Part shown: positions 10,296-19,107 of the stretch, one piece after another
Position numbering within the stretch: position 1 is the stretch's first letter
How the letters are laid out: every line of letters starts with the position of its first letter
Source of the DNA: Candidatus Liptonbacteria bacterium
GTDB lineage: Bacteria > Patescibacteriota > Minisyncoccia > UBA6257 > 2-01-FULL-56-20
Assembly: GCA_016204335.1 (NCBI GenBank)
Contig: JACQKU010000014.1
Span: forward strand, 4,988-68,987
DNA: 64,000 bases
Reading direction: 5' to 3'
Program-made: the position numbers and the translations under genes
The notes under the pieces: model-generated
What the model saw: only the letters and a program-made list of their open reading frames with translations
Database searches by the model: none
Told to the model about the DNA's origin: nothing

Positions 10296-10352
10296 CCCAC
10301 GCACCAGAGCAGAGCTCGGTGCGGGGCAAGCACGACGTTCTCAACGTCGGGA
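10296..10352 (+). repeat. repeat A copy 1: ~55-nt multi-hairpin element CGCACCAGAGCAGAGCTCGGTGCGGGGCAAGCACGACGTTCTCAACGTCGG
   Basis: Near-identical second copy at 11528-11584; contains a 10-bp hairpin and a tRNA-like CGACG-TTCTCAA-CGTCG hairpin. Confidence 0.7.
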
Positions 10353-10430
10353 CACGAGTTCTCCGCCTAGGGCGGATCCGCCTCAGGCGGAGATTCTCCT
10401 TGGGGCTACAAAATTAGATTTTTTAAAAAA

Positions 10431-10796
10431 ATGGATCAAGATCATATAGAAAGAAAGAGTTTGGAATATGCTTTCGATGCTGGATTAAAATTTTTTCTCC
10501 ATTGGTCATTATTAGCGGGAGGGACTTTGACGCTTATGATTCCATTTGTTCAAAGCCTTAAGGGCGTAATGGTATATCGTTATTTGTTTATAGCGTCAGA
10601 AATTTGTTTGATTATTTCACTTATTTCCTCGTCGCTGGTTGTTTTTGGGGCCAGCCAAATAAGTTGGAGTAATGCAACTAAGGCAGAAACTAAAGGAATC
10701 GCGAAAATGCAGGGAATAAACTATAAGGTTGCAATCGTAGCGTATATAGCAGGAATTATTTTAGCTTTTTTCTTCATCAACGCTAATTTAACGTAA
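10431..10796 (+). CDS. hypothetical membrane protein (AT-rich)
   Basis: 121-aa ORF with 3 predicted TM helices; low GC. Confidence 0.4.
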   Translation: MDQDHIERKSLEYAFDAGLKFFLHWSLLAGGTLTLMIPFVQSLKGVMVYRYLFIASEICLIISLISSSLVVFGASQISWSNATKAETKGIAKMQGINYKVAIVAYIAGIILAFFFINANLT

Positions 10797-10807
10797 GTTA
10801 ATGTAAG

Positions 10808-10854
10808 ACTCACTCCACCGTCACCGATTTCGCGAGATTGCGCGGGCGGTCGAT
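10808..10854 (+). repeat. repeat B copy 1: duplicated 3' end of glmS (CTCCACCGTCACCGATTTCGCGAGATTGCGCGGGCGGTCGA)
   Basis: About 45 of 47 nt identical to the genuine glmS 3' terminus at 12036-12082. Confidence 0.75.
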
Positions 10855-10861
10855 GTTTTGG

Positions 10862-10889
10862 CTTGACAACGATTATAATCAAATTATAA
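10862..10889 (+). promoter_or_regulatory. sigma70-like promoter TTGACA-16/17-TATAAT upstream of the antitoxin gene
   Basis: TTGACAACGATTATAATCAAATTATAAT ends 8 nt before the antitoxin ATG. Confidence 0.5.
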
Positions 10890-10896
10890 TCCCATT

Positions 10897-11130
10897 ATGA
10901 CTCAAAAAGTATTACAAGTGGGAACTTCCGCGGCTGTCACGATTCCCAAGGAATCTCTAAAAACTTTGGGGTTAAAAGTGGGAGACAGAATCCGCCTTGA
11001 AGTTGACGCCAAGCGTAGGGTAGTTCGGATTGAACCTTTGGCGCCGCAGGTCAACGGAGAACTTTTGGAATGGACCGATGCGTTTATCAAGCGGTATCGG
11101 AACGCACTCGACGCTCTCGCGAAAAAATAA
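10897..11130 (+). CDS. AbrB/MazE (SpoVT-AbrB) family antitoxin
   Basis: VLQVGTSAAVTIPKESLKTLGLKVGDRIRLEV swapped-hairpin motif; 77 aa; stop 4 nt before the doc start. Confidence 0.65.
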   Translation: MTQKVLQVGTSAAVTIPKESLKTLGLKVGDRIRLEVDAKRRVVRIEPLAPQVNGELLEWTDAFIKRYRNALDALAKK

Positions 11131-11134
11131 TCTT

Positions 11135-11521
11135 ATGCGGTATGTGAGCGGAGAAGAGATTTTGGTGTTGCACGCCCGTATTCTTGACGCTACGGGCGGC
11201 GCGCACGGGGTGCGCGACTAGCGCCTTCTTGCTTCATTGCTCGAAAAACCCAAAATGAAATTCGGCGGAAAAGAGTTGTACGCCGGAGTGTTCCGCAAGG
11301 CCGGGGTGTATTTCGAAGCGTTGGCGACGTACCATGTGTTTATCGACGGCAACAAGCGGACGGAGCTCGCGGTTGCGGCACGATTTCTCTTTTTGAACGG
11401 CTATACTCTTGTTTCTACCAACAACCAAGCCGAAAAGTTCATTCTCGGCGTTGCGTTGAAGAAGCATGACGTAAAAGCAATTGCAAAATGGCTGAAACAG
11501 AATTCGGAAAGGTTGGATTAA
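11135..11521 (+). pseudogene. doc: Doc (Fic family) toxin interrupted by an in-frame TAG at 11219-11221
   Basis: MRYVSGEEILVLHARILDATGGAHGVRD-stop-RLLASLLEKPK..HVFIDGNKRT (Fic/Doc motif). N-terminal segment (inside ORF 11030..11221) and C-terminal ORF 11237..11521 are in the same frame. Confidence 0.6.
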
Positions 11522-11527
11522 TCTACC

Positions 11528-11584
11528 CGCGCACCAGAGCAAAGCTCGGTGCGGGGCAAGCACGACGTTCTCAACGTCGGAACA
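11528..11584 (+). repeat. repeat A copy 2
   Basis: CGCACCAGAGCAAAGCTCGGTGCGGGGCAAGCACGACGTTCTCAACGTCGG followed by T-arm-like AGGGGTTTGATTCCCCT. Confidence 0.7.
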
Positions 11585-11736
11585 GGGGTTTGATTCCCCT
11601 TGAGGCTACTGGCTAAAGGGTTCCCTGCCCGCCGAAGCTTTTAGCAAAGGCGGGGATTCCCGTAAGCGCTACAAATATTTAAAACTGAAGAAGCCGCCCG
11701 CCTGCGACTTCAACAGTCCTGCAGGGGACGGCTTGA

Positions 11737-12021
11737 CTACTTCTTTTTGGCCGAGCGCTTCTTCGGCGAGGCGTCCGATGGCGCCGGCGACGGTTTGAGT
11801 GACTCATACCACGGTTCGATGAGCGCCCGGAAGAGCTCTCTTGATCTTTCAGGGCTCAAGTTCCGGACTTTCATCACCACGGAGCGGTTCGAGCCAATCC
11901 ACATCTTGTCCTCCTTCGTCAGGGTGGAAGAGTCGGTCGTTATTGACAGGCGCTTCCGGCTGACAAGGAAGAAGTTGCAAAGAGCTAGTTTGATTAAAGC
12001 TCTAAAGAGAAAAAATATCAA
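11737..12021 (-). CDS. small hypothetical ORF with lysine-rich C-terminus (possibly a remnant)
   Basis: 94-aa ORF ending SPKKRSAKKK; lies inside the repeat-bounded islet; weak support. Confidence 0.2.
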   Translation of the reverse strand: MIFFLFRALIKLALCNFFLVSRKRLSITTDSSTLTKEDKMWIGSNRSVVMKVRNLSPERSRELFRALIEPWYESLKPSPAPSDASPKKRSAKKK

Positions 12022-12035
12022 GCGATCCTATAATA

Positions 12036-12082
12036 ACCTACTCCACCGTCACCGATTTCGCGAGATTGCGCGGGCGGTCGAC
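12036..12082 (+). repeat. repeat B copy 2 = native 3' end of glmS
   Basis: See 10808-10854. Confidence 0.75.
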
Positions 12083-13858
12083 GTTGAGTCCTTTTTGCCG
12101 CGCGAAATAATAGGCGAATAATTGAAGCGGAATCGCCGAAAGAATCGGCGAGAGCATTTCAAGCGTTTTTGGAACGTAGATGACGTCATCGGCGACACCG
12201 CGAACTTCTTCCGAACCCTCGGTCGCGAGCGCGATTATTTTTCCTTTCCGCGCTTTGATTTCCTGCATGTTCGAGAGCATTTTTTCGTAGACGCTGTCGC
12301 GGAGCGCGATTGCCATGGTCGGAAAATTCTCGTCAATCATCGCGAGCGGCCCGTGTTTCATTTCTCCGGCTCCGCATCCTTCCGCGTGGATATAGGAAAT
12401 TTCTTTCAGTTTCAGCGCGCCCTCCAGCGCGATGGGATAATTGTATTTTCTTCCGATGTAGAGAAAATCGCGCGAGTCCGCATATTTTTCCGCGAGCGAT
12501 TGCAAATATTCTTTTTGCCCCAAAATCGCCTCGATTTTTTCCGGCAGTAAAAGCAATTCTTCTGCTATCCGTTTTCCCATTGTGGCGGACATTTGCCTTT
12601 GCCTGCCGAGGAAAAGCGTAATGAGTGAAAGCGCGGTCAGTTGCGATATGAACGCTTTCGTGGACGCGACGCCGATTTCAGGGCCAGCATGGTTGTAAAT
12701 GCCCGCGTCTGTTTCGCGCGCGATGGTCGAGCCGATGGCGTTCACGACGCCGAGCGCGAGCGCGCCCTTCCGTTTTCCTTCGCGGATTGCTTCGAGCGTG
12801 TCGAGCGTTTCGCCCGACTGGGAAATAGCGAGAAGAATCGTATCGCCGTCAATGACCGGTTTTCTGTATCTGAACTCGGACCCTACTTCGACTTCAACGG
12901 GAATGCCGGCGTATTCCTCGAGCATATATTCGCCGACAAGACCGGCATAATACGCCGTGCCGCAGGCGACAATGATAATCCGTTTTACATCGCGCAGTTT
13001 ATCCGCAACCGATTCGAGCCCGCCGAGTTTCGCGAGTCCGTCCTTGACGATTAATCTTCCCCGAATCGTATTTTTCAAAACCTCCGGCGCTTCCATAATT
13101 TCCTTCAGCATAAAATGCTCGTAGCCGCCTTTTTGCGCCTGCGAAATATCCCACTCGATTGTTTCCGGCGTTCCGATTACGCGGTTGTGGTCGAGCGTGT
13201 AGATGTTGTGCGATGAAGGCGTAATGACCGCGATTTCGCCGTCGCGCAGGTAAATCACGTTTTTCGTGTGTCGCAGAATCGGCGACGGGTCGGACGCGAT
13301 GAAATTTTCGTTTTCGCCCAAGCCCAAAACAACCGGAGCGCCCATCCTGCCAGTGATGATTTTTTCCGGTTCTTTGCTGTATGCGATTGCGAGGCCATAT
13401 GTTCCTCGGACTTCGCGAAGCGAGGCAATTACCGCTTTTTCGAAGTCATTTTCCTTTTTCAAATTTTCTTCTATCAAATGGGCAAGAACTTCAGTGTCGG
13501 TGTCGGAAACGAACGTATGTTTTTTCTTGATGAGCTTGTCTTTGATTTCCTTGTAATTTTCTATGATGCCGTTGTGCGCTACCCAGATTTCACCGGCGCA
13601 ATCCGAATGCGGATGGGCGTTTATCTCGGTCGGCTCGCCGTGCGTTGCCCAGCGCAGATGCGCGATTCCGCTTTGCCCTTTAAAGTTTTGCGGAACTTTC
13701 GCTTTTAGATTGCCAACCGCGCCGACTGCCTTGACGGTTCCCGCTTCGGGAATAAAAATACCTGCCGAATCATATCCCCGGTATTCTAGGGAAGTAAGGC
13801 CGTCAAGAAGCACTTCCGCCGCGTTTTTCTTGCCCGTGTAAGCGAATATTCCACACAT
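12038..13858 (-). CDS. glmS: glutamine--fructose-6-phosphate aminotransferase
   Basis: MCGIFAYTGKK.. with N-terminal nucleophile Cys2, two SIS domains, C-terminal ..SVTVE; 606 aa. Confidence 0.95.
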   Translation of the reverse strand: MCGIFAYTGKKNAAEVLLDGLTSLEYRGYDSAGIFIPEAGTVKAVGAVGNLKAKVPQNFKGQSGIAHLRWATHGEPTEINAHPHSDCAGEIWVAHNGIIENYKEIKDKLIKKKHTFVSDTDTEVLAHLIEENLKKENDFEKAVIASLREVRGTYGLAIAYSKEPEKIITGRMGAPVVLGLGENENFIASDPSPILRHTKNVIYLRDGEIAVITPSSHNIYTLDHNRVIGTPETIEWDISQAQKGGYEHFMLKEIMEAPEVLKNTIRGRLIVKDGLAKLGGLESVADKLRDVKRIIIVACGTAYYAGLVGEYMLEEYAGIPVEVEVGSEFRYRKPVIDGDTILLAISQSGETLDTLEAIREGKRKGALALGVVNAIGSTIARETDAGIYNHAGPEIGVASTKAFISQLTALSLITLFLGRQRQMSATMGKRIAEELLLLPEKIEAILGQKEYLQSLAEKYADSRDFLYIGRKYNYPIALEGALKLKEISYIHAEGCGAGEMKHGPLAMIDENFPTMAIALRDSVYEKMLSNMQEIKARKGKIIALATEGSEEVRGVADDVIYVPKTLEMLSPILSAIPLQLFAYYFARQKGLNVDRPRNLAKSVTVE

Positions 13859-14803
13859 AGGTAAAGTATATCAAAGATTGGAGATTGAAACTTATTATAA
13901 AAACTTGAGGGGCGCCGCGCACGTGGCACGGACACCCCTCGTTGCTTCGCTCGCCGCCGCGTCCTAGCGGCGGTGGCGATTTCTGCCGAGCGGCTCGAGG
14001 AGGTCTCTCAGCTCGCCGGCGACGCACTGGACGCGTCGCGGCCGTGAATTCCTCCAAGCCCTCCTTGCGCACCGGCATGCTTCCAACTCCTGCACTACGG
14101 GCGCGCAGAGCATACGACAGACGTCGTCCTCATTGAATTGAACCCGACTTGCTTGAGCTCGTCGGGAGTGAACTCGAGTTTCGCCCAATACGTATACCGT
14201 CCGTGCTCGCGCGGATTCGCCTCTTCGAACCGGTGAGCCATTCTGGGGCTGACTCTGCGCGGGTTAATCACGCGCTGGAGCCCACTACTGTGATGCATAA
14301 GAGCCAAGTACCCGGAAGTCCGCCCTTCTCGAATGACCTGCAGGCGGACTCTTGCGGCCGGAACAGTGGTGCGAGTGATCGAGTTGGTCATGCGGCCCCC
14401 TTGTGGTGGGATTGGTTTATTCAATCCCGGGTTTGAGTTTGCTCCGACGCTCTTACAAAAAACAGAATCCCTATTCCGCCAAAGAGCCCTGCCACAACGG
14501 CGAAAGTTCCGCGGAGCAAGGGTTGCTCCACCACTTCGCCGCCTACGACGCACATCACGAATACCAAAATACAACACAACCCAGCTATTTTCACGGCACT
14601 CTCCTTAGTAGGTTAGAGTTAGAAGCATTTCAGTCATCTCTTCGCCTTGAGACGCAATAACCAAGAAAGTTAGTTTCCAAGTTCTTGCGTATCGAGGAGT
14701 TATATTATTAAAGAGCTGAAAGTAATATAGAACATTTAAGGGTATTTTGTCAATTTTTTTCGCTGCATTATCGCGGGCGCAAAAACCTGTTATAATCTCC
14801 CGA

Positions 14804-15922
14804 ATGAGGTTATACGAATTCGAAGGCAAGCGGCTTTTTGAGAAATACGGCATTCCGGTGCCGAAGAGCGTGTTGCTGGAAAAATCCGGAAAAGTTTCCG
14901 GCATTAAGTTGCCGGTCGTACTTAAAGCCCAGGTTTTGTCCGGTGAACGGAAAAGCGCGGGCGGTATTCTTTTCCCGAAAAATAAATCGGAACTTTCACA
15001 CGGGCTCAAAAAACTTTTCGCGGCGCATATCCGCGGCGAACCCGTTCAAAAAATTTTAGTTGAGGGGCGTATCTCGGCTTCGCGCGAATATTATCTTTCG
15101 TTGAGTTACGACACCGACACGCGCGGTCCGGTTTTGGCTTTTTCTTCCCGCGGCGGCTCGCGCATAGCCATCGCGCTGAAGGCGAATGTCGCGCCGCTCG
15201 ATATTCTTCTCGGCGCAAAACCGTTTTTAATCCGCGAAGCGCTGTCAAAAGGAAAAGTTCCGTCCGAAGATATCAACGGCCTCGCGAAGGTCATTATAAA
15301 TTTATGGAAGCTTTTTGTTTCCGAATACGCGCTCGTCGCCGAAATCAATCCGTTGTTTCGGACTCCGAGCGGAGAATTTATCGCGGGAGACGCGAAAGTC
15401 ATTCTTGACGACGAAAAATTGAACCCCGGCGAGCGGAGATTCATCGAACTCGGCGGCGACATCGCGATTTTGGCGTCCGGCGGCGGCGCGTCGCTTTTGA
15501 ACATTGACGCGCTTCTCCAGTATAAAGGGAAGCCCGCGAATTACACCGAATACTCCGGCAACCCTCCGGCTGACGTGGTAAAAGCGCTAACACAGCGCGT
15601 GCTCGGCAGGCCCGGGCTCAAAGGCGCGTGGGTAATCGGCGGCACCGCGAATTTCACGGACATTTACGAAACACTGAAAGGATTTATCGAAGGACTCCGG
15701 CAGGTAAAACCGAAACCGGCATATCCGATTGTTATCCGGCGCGACGGCCCCAATCAGGAAAAAGCGTTCGCGATGCTCCGCGAAGTAGCCAAAAAAGAGG
15801 GGTACGACTTCCACCTTTTTAATTCGAAAACCTCGATGGCGGAGTCGGCGAAATTGATGGTGAAATATGCGTACCATGATAAAATCAAAATTCAAACTGC
15901 AAATATCAAAATGAAAGAGTAA
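14804..15922 (+). CDS. succinyl-CoA synthetase beta / ATP-citrate lyase small-subunit-like ATP-grasp protein
   Basis: MRLYEFEGKRLFEKYGIPVP (SucC N-terminus), LVAEINPL, GGGASLL. The ORF-track start 14747 is probably an overcall. TATAAT at 14791-14796 precedes the ATG at 14804. Confidence 0.75.
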   Translation: MRLYEFEGKRLFEKYGIPVPKSVLLEKSGKVSGIKLPVVLKAQVLSGERKSAGGILFPKNKSELSHGLKKLFAAHIRGEPVQKILVEGRISASREYYLSLSYDTDTRGPVLAFSSRGGSRIAIALKANVAPLDILLGAKPFLIREALSKGKVPSEDINGLAKVIINLWKLFVSEYALVAEINPLFRTPSGEFIAGDAKVILDDEKLNPGERRFIELGGDIAILASGGGASLLNIDALLQYKGKPANYTEYSGNPPADVVKALTQRVLGRPGLKGAWVIGGTANFTDIYETLKGFIEGLRQVKPKPAYPIVIRRDGPNQEKAFAMLREVAKKEGYDFHLFNSKTSMAESAKLMVKYAYHDKIKIQTANIKMKE

Positions 15923-16001
15923 AATGCAAAAAGCCTTTAACAATTCTTTTTTAATTTCTTCTTTTTCATTTTGCATTTTGAGATTTGATTTTTGAATTTT
16001 C
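15881..16001 (+). repeat. MITE-like long hairpin family 1 (AAAATCAAAATTCAAACTGCAAA..ATGCAAAAA / TTTTTCATTTTGCATTTTGAGATTTGATTTTTGAATTTT), copy 1
   Basis: ~40-bp inverted arms; left arm encodes the last residues and stop of the upstream gene; right arm ends 2 nt before the sucD-like ATG; near-identical copy at 59735-59857. Confidence 0.8.
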
Positions 16002-16002
16002 C

Positions 16003-16914
16003 ATGAGCATTTTAGTCGACAAAAAAACGCGCGTTTTGATTCAGGGCATCACCGGGCATGAGGGCGCGCGGGCGTGCAACGAGATGCTTTCGTACGGGAC
16101 AAAAGTGCTCGCGGGCGTGACGCCGGGAAAAGGCGGACAGAAAATATCCGGCGTGCCTGTGTATGACACTGTGCGTCAGGCGCTCGCAAAACACCGGAGT
16201 ATAAACACCTCGCTCATCGCTGTTCCCGCGGCGGCGGTCAAAGACGCGGCAATGGAAGCGATATTCGCGGGAATTCCGTTAGTGAATATTCTCGCCGAGC
16301 ACGTGCCGACTTTGGATTGCGCGGAGATTGTCGCGCGGGCTCGCGCGAAAGGCACGATACTCGTCGGCCCTTCATCTGTCGGCGTGATTTCTCCAAAAGA
16401 GAAAGTGAAAATCGGAAGCATCGGGAGTTCGCTCGTTCGAAATGTGTTCACGCCCGGTTCGGTCGGCGTTGTTTCAAAAAGCGGAGGAATGACCGCGGAA
16501 ATCGCGGTGACGCTCACGAACGCAGGCATAGGCCAGAGCACGGTGCTCGGCATCGGCGGCGACCAAATTATCGGATTCGATTTCGTGGACGCGCTCAAAT
16601 TGTTTGGGAAGGATCCGGAAACGAAAGCAGTGATACTGTTCGGTGAAGTTGGCGGCACATACGAAGAGCAGGCGGCGGAGTTTATCCGAAAAGAAAAATT
16701 CAAGAAGCCGGTTGTCGCGGTGGTGGCGGGAAAATTTACCGCGCGCCTTCCGCAAGGCACCGTGTTGGGACATGCCGGCGCGATTGTCGCGAAAGGAAAA
16801 GGCGGATACGATTCGAAAGTGCGGGCTTTCAAAAAAGCGGGCGTGCCGGTTGCGGCTACTCTTGATGAAATTCCGTGGTTGCTTCGGCAGCTACTTCGTG
16901 GAAGAATGAAGTAA
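16003..16914 (+). CDS. succinyl-CoA synthetase alpha-like CoA-binding subunit
   Basis: MSILVDKKTRVLIQGITGHEGA, phosphohistidine loop GHAGAIV, 303 aa. Confidence 0.85.
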   Translation: MSILVDKKTRVLIQGITGHEGARACNEMLSYGTKVLAGVTPGKGGQKISGVPVYDTVRQALAKHRSINTSLIAVPAAAVKDAAMEAIFAGIPLVNILAEHVPTLDCAEIVARARAKGTILVGPSSVGVISPKEKVKIGSIGSSLVRNVFTPGSVGVVSKSGGMTAEIAVTLTNAGIGQSTVLGIGGDQIIGFDFVDALKLFGKDPETKAVILFGEVGGTYEEQAAEFIRKEKFKKPVVAVVAGKFTARLPQGTVLGHAGAIVAKGKGGYDSKVRAFKKAGVPVAATLDEIPWLLRQLLRGRMK

Positions 16915-17030
16915 GTCAATGCTACGCGGGAAATCAACGAGAAAAATGTTTTTTTGGGAATCAAGTTATCTTCTCTAATTCGCGCGAATAGGAGAATAAA
17001 AAGAAAAACAAATAAACAACAAATAAACAA

Positions 17031-17756
17031 ATGAAGTGGAAAACGGCGATCAGTACACATAAAAACGGCGAGCTTTATATCCGAGGCGAGGCGTTGACCA
17101 AACTCATCGAAAAGCGCTCTTTTGCCGAGGCGATTTTTCTTGTTTTGAAAGGGACATTTCCGAATAAGCGCGAGAAGGAAATGTTCGACGCGATTCTTGT
17201 GGCTCCGATCGAGCACGGCGTTGAAGCGCCGTCCGCGTTTGTCGCGCGGACAGTCGCTTCCGTCGGCAATCCGATGAATGTCGCGCTAGCGGCTGGATTT
17301 CTCGCGACGGGGGACTGGCACGGCGGCGCAATCGAACAAGCGGCAAAAATGTTTCAGTCGGATAAAACACCGGCGGAGATTGTCTCCGGCGCGCTCGCGA
17401 AAAAAGAGCGCGTTTCCGGATTCGGACACAAAATATATAAAGAAGCCGACCCGCGCGCGGCGGCAATTTTTGCCAAGGCGAAAAAACTGAAATTCTACGG
17501 CAAATATGCCGGCCGCGCGATTGCAATCCAAAAAGAACTTGAAAAACAGTCCGGCAAAAAATTGCCGCTCAACATCGACGCCGCGATTGCCGCGGTAATT
17601 TCGGAGCTCGGATTCGACTGGCGTCTGGGAAAAGCGTTTTTCGCGCTTGGACGCCTACCTGGAATAATCGCGCACGCGCACGAGGAAATGGTGAACGAAA
17701 AGCCATACCGGCGTTTTGAGGAAGGCGATGTGGAGTATGTCGGCAAACCAATATAG
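17031..17756 (+). CDS. citrate synthase-like / citryl-CoA lyase-like protein (short, 241 aa)
   Basis: GFGHKIYKEADPRAA matches the citrate synthase family GHRVYK..DPR signature. Confidence 0.7.
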   Translation: MKWKTAISTHKNGELYIRGEALTKLIEKRSFAEAIFLVLKGTFPNKREKEMFDAILVAPIEHGVEAPSAFVARTVASVGNPMNVALAAGFLATGDWHGGAIEQAAKMFQSDKTPAEIVSGALAKKERVSGFGHKIYKEADPRAAAIFAKAKKLKFYGKYAGRAIAIQKELEKQSGKKLPLNIDAAIAAVISELGFDWRLGKAFFALGRLPGIIAHAHEEMVNEKPYRRFEEGDVEYVGKPI

Positions 17757-17853
17757 TTGTCATTGCGAGCGAAGTGAAGCAATCCAGATTGCCACGTCGC
17801 GGAGTTTATCCTGAGTAACGTCGAAGGACTCCTCGCAATGACGGATTAAAAAA

Positions 17854-18288
17854 ATGATCAAGATTCAGCAATTGAAAAAAGCGGATAAAGCGGCGGTGCG
17901 CGACCTCAATCATCTCTTGAAGCAGTTGCGTAAGAATCCTTCCGAACATAGCGGATCGCTTTTTGATCTTCGAAACATTGTCAGCGATAAAAAGATAGTA
18001 ATGATCGTCGCCCAAAACGGCAGGAACATTGTTGGTATGGCAACGCTCTATATCATCATTATGCTCGGAAAAACTGTTGGAACCGTCGAGGAAGTCGTGG
18101 TAGACAGCGCGTACAGGGGCAAAGGATTAGGGAAAAAGATACTTCAAATGCTTATTCGGGTTGCCCGCAAGAAAAAGGTTAAAAAGTTATATCTCACGAG
18201 CCGACCTTCGCGTGTTGCCGCCAATAAGCTTTACCAAAAACTCGGCTTCAAATTGAAAGAGACGAATCCTTATACGCTCCGGCTTTAA
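17854..18288 (+). CDS. GNAT family N-acetyltransferase
   Basis: VDSAYRGKGLGKKIL acetyl-CoA motif; 144 aa. Confidence 0.7.
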   Translation: MIKIQQLKKADKAAVRDLNHLLKQLRKNPSEHSGSLFDLRNIVSDKKIVMIVAQNGRNIVGMATLYIIIMLGKTVGTVEEVVVDSAYRGKGLGKKILQMLIRVARKKKVKKLYLTSRPSRVAANKLYQKLGFKLKETNPYTLRL

Positions 18289-18330
18289 TTGTTTGAGAGA
18301 CATACGATTTTTTGGTATAGTCAAACTATG

Positions 18331-18478
18331 CCAGGTAGTGAAAATGCGATTTAAGCAACCAAATTTTATATTATGCTATGCTATTATGAGTAAACAAAAT
18401 ATAAGCAAAGGTCATCGTTTCATCACCCAATCACGCAGTTACCATAAATAATGTTGCAATCGCATTTCTACTACCTGG
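18331..18478 (+). repeat. MITE-like element with termini CCAGGTAGTGAAAATGCGATT ... AATCGCATTTCTACTACCTGG
   Basis: 21-bp terminal inverted repeats; same termini type as the element at 26111-26181. Confidence 0.6.
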
Positions 18479-18479
18479 T

Positions 18480-18761
18480 ATGGACGCACTGATATTTTCC
18501 CAGACATTTTTCTATTTGGTGATTTCATTCGCGATACTTGTCCTCGGGATTTTGGCGGCGATTGTCGCGTATCATTTGATCGGTATCACGAAACGGCTGG
18601 AAGAAATTTCCGGCGACATCAGCGACACTTCCCGCGACGCGCGGGAAGGAATCAAAGATTTGCTCGCGGCGTTTTCCCGCATACCGTTCCTTTCGTTTTT
18701 TACGAAAAGGAAATCTAACGAACAGCGCAAAAAAGGTCGTGGGAAGTCAGTGTCAGAGTGA
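18480..18761 (+). CDS. hypothetical small membrane protein
   Basis: 93-aa ORF, N-terminal TM helix. Confidence 0.35.
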   Translation: MDALIFSQTFFYLVISFAILVLGILAAIVAYHLIGITKRLEEISGDISDTSRDAREGIKDLLAAFSRIPFLSFFTKRKSNEQRKKGRGKSVSE

Positions 18762-19104
18762 CAATAACGATGACAATAACACGATGAAAAATAATAAACG
18801 CGGAGGAAAACTTTTGGGAGGAGCGTTGGTGGGCGCGGCGTTGGGAGTCGCGGCTGGTCTTCTGCTCGCTCCGGAATCAGGCAAAAAACTTCGCGGAGAA
18901 GTCAAAAAGAAATCGGCGGAATTTTATGCGCATCTTTCTCCCAAATTGAAGAAAATGAAAAAAGTGGGGGAGAAGGAATACGCTCAGTTTGTGAAAAACG
19001 CGGCGAAGAATTACGGCAAAGCAAAATTTCTCTCAAGCCAACAGCAAAAAGTTCTTGTCGCCGAAGCCCAAAAAACCTGGAAACATTTGCAGAAGCATTT
19101 GTAA
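18739..19104 (+). CDS. YtxH-like (DUF948) protein; likely true start at 18784 (MKNNKRGG)
   Basis: LLGGALVGAALGVAAGLLLAPESGKKLR motif. Confidence 0.5.
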   Translation: MGSQCQSDNNDDNNTMKNNKRGGKLLGGALVGAALGVAAGLLLAPESGKKLRGEVKKKSAEFYAHLSPKLKKMKKVGEKEYAQFVKNAAKNYGKAKFLSSQQQKVLVAEAQKTWKHLQKHL

Positions 19105-19107
19105 GAA

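Noticed and set aside
10296-10430. Additional tRNA genes in repeat A copies (tRNA-like CGACG-TTCTCAA-CGTCG and AGGGG-TTTGATT-CCCCT hairpins)
   Set aside because: No acceptor stem or D-arm can be formed; they fold as three serial hairpins, so treated as tRNA-like repeat elements, not tRNAs.
11030-11221. 63-aa ORF overlapping the antitoxin gene
   Set aside because: Its 5' part is an out-of-frame overlap of the antitoxin; only its last 29 codons (from 11135) are meaningful, as the N-terminus of the interrupted doc gene.
13859-14200. glmS ribozyme in the glmS 5' leader
   Set aside because: Manual comparison of the minus-strand leader with the glmS ribozyme core (AGCGCC cleavage site, GGUUAUCGAAUUUUCGGCGGAUGCC, CCCGGCUGAG) found no match.
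14095-14577. 160-aa minus-strand ORF (and 13964..14188, 14149..14436, 14333..14608, 14403..14660)
   Set aside because: Poly-Arg, low-complexity translations overlapping each other in a GC-rich tract; no motif; more consistent with non-coding structured DNA/RNA.
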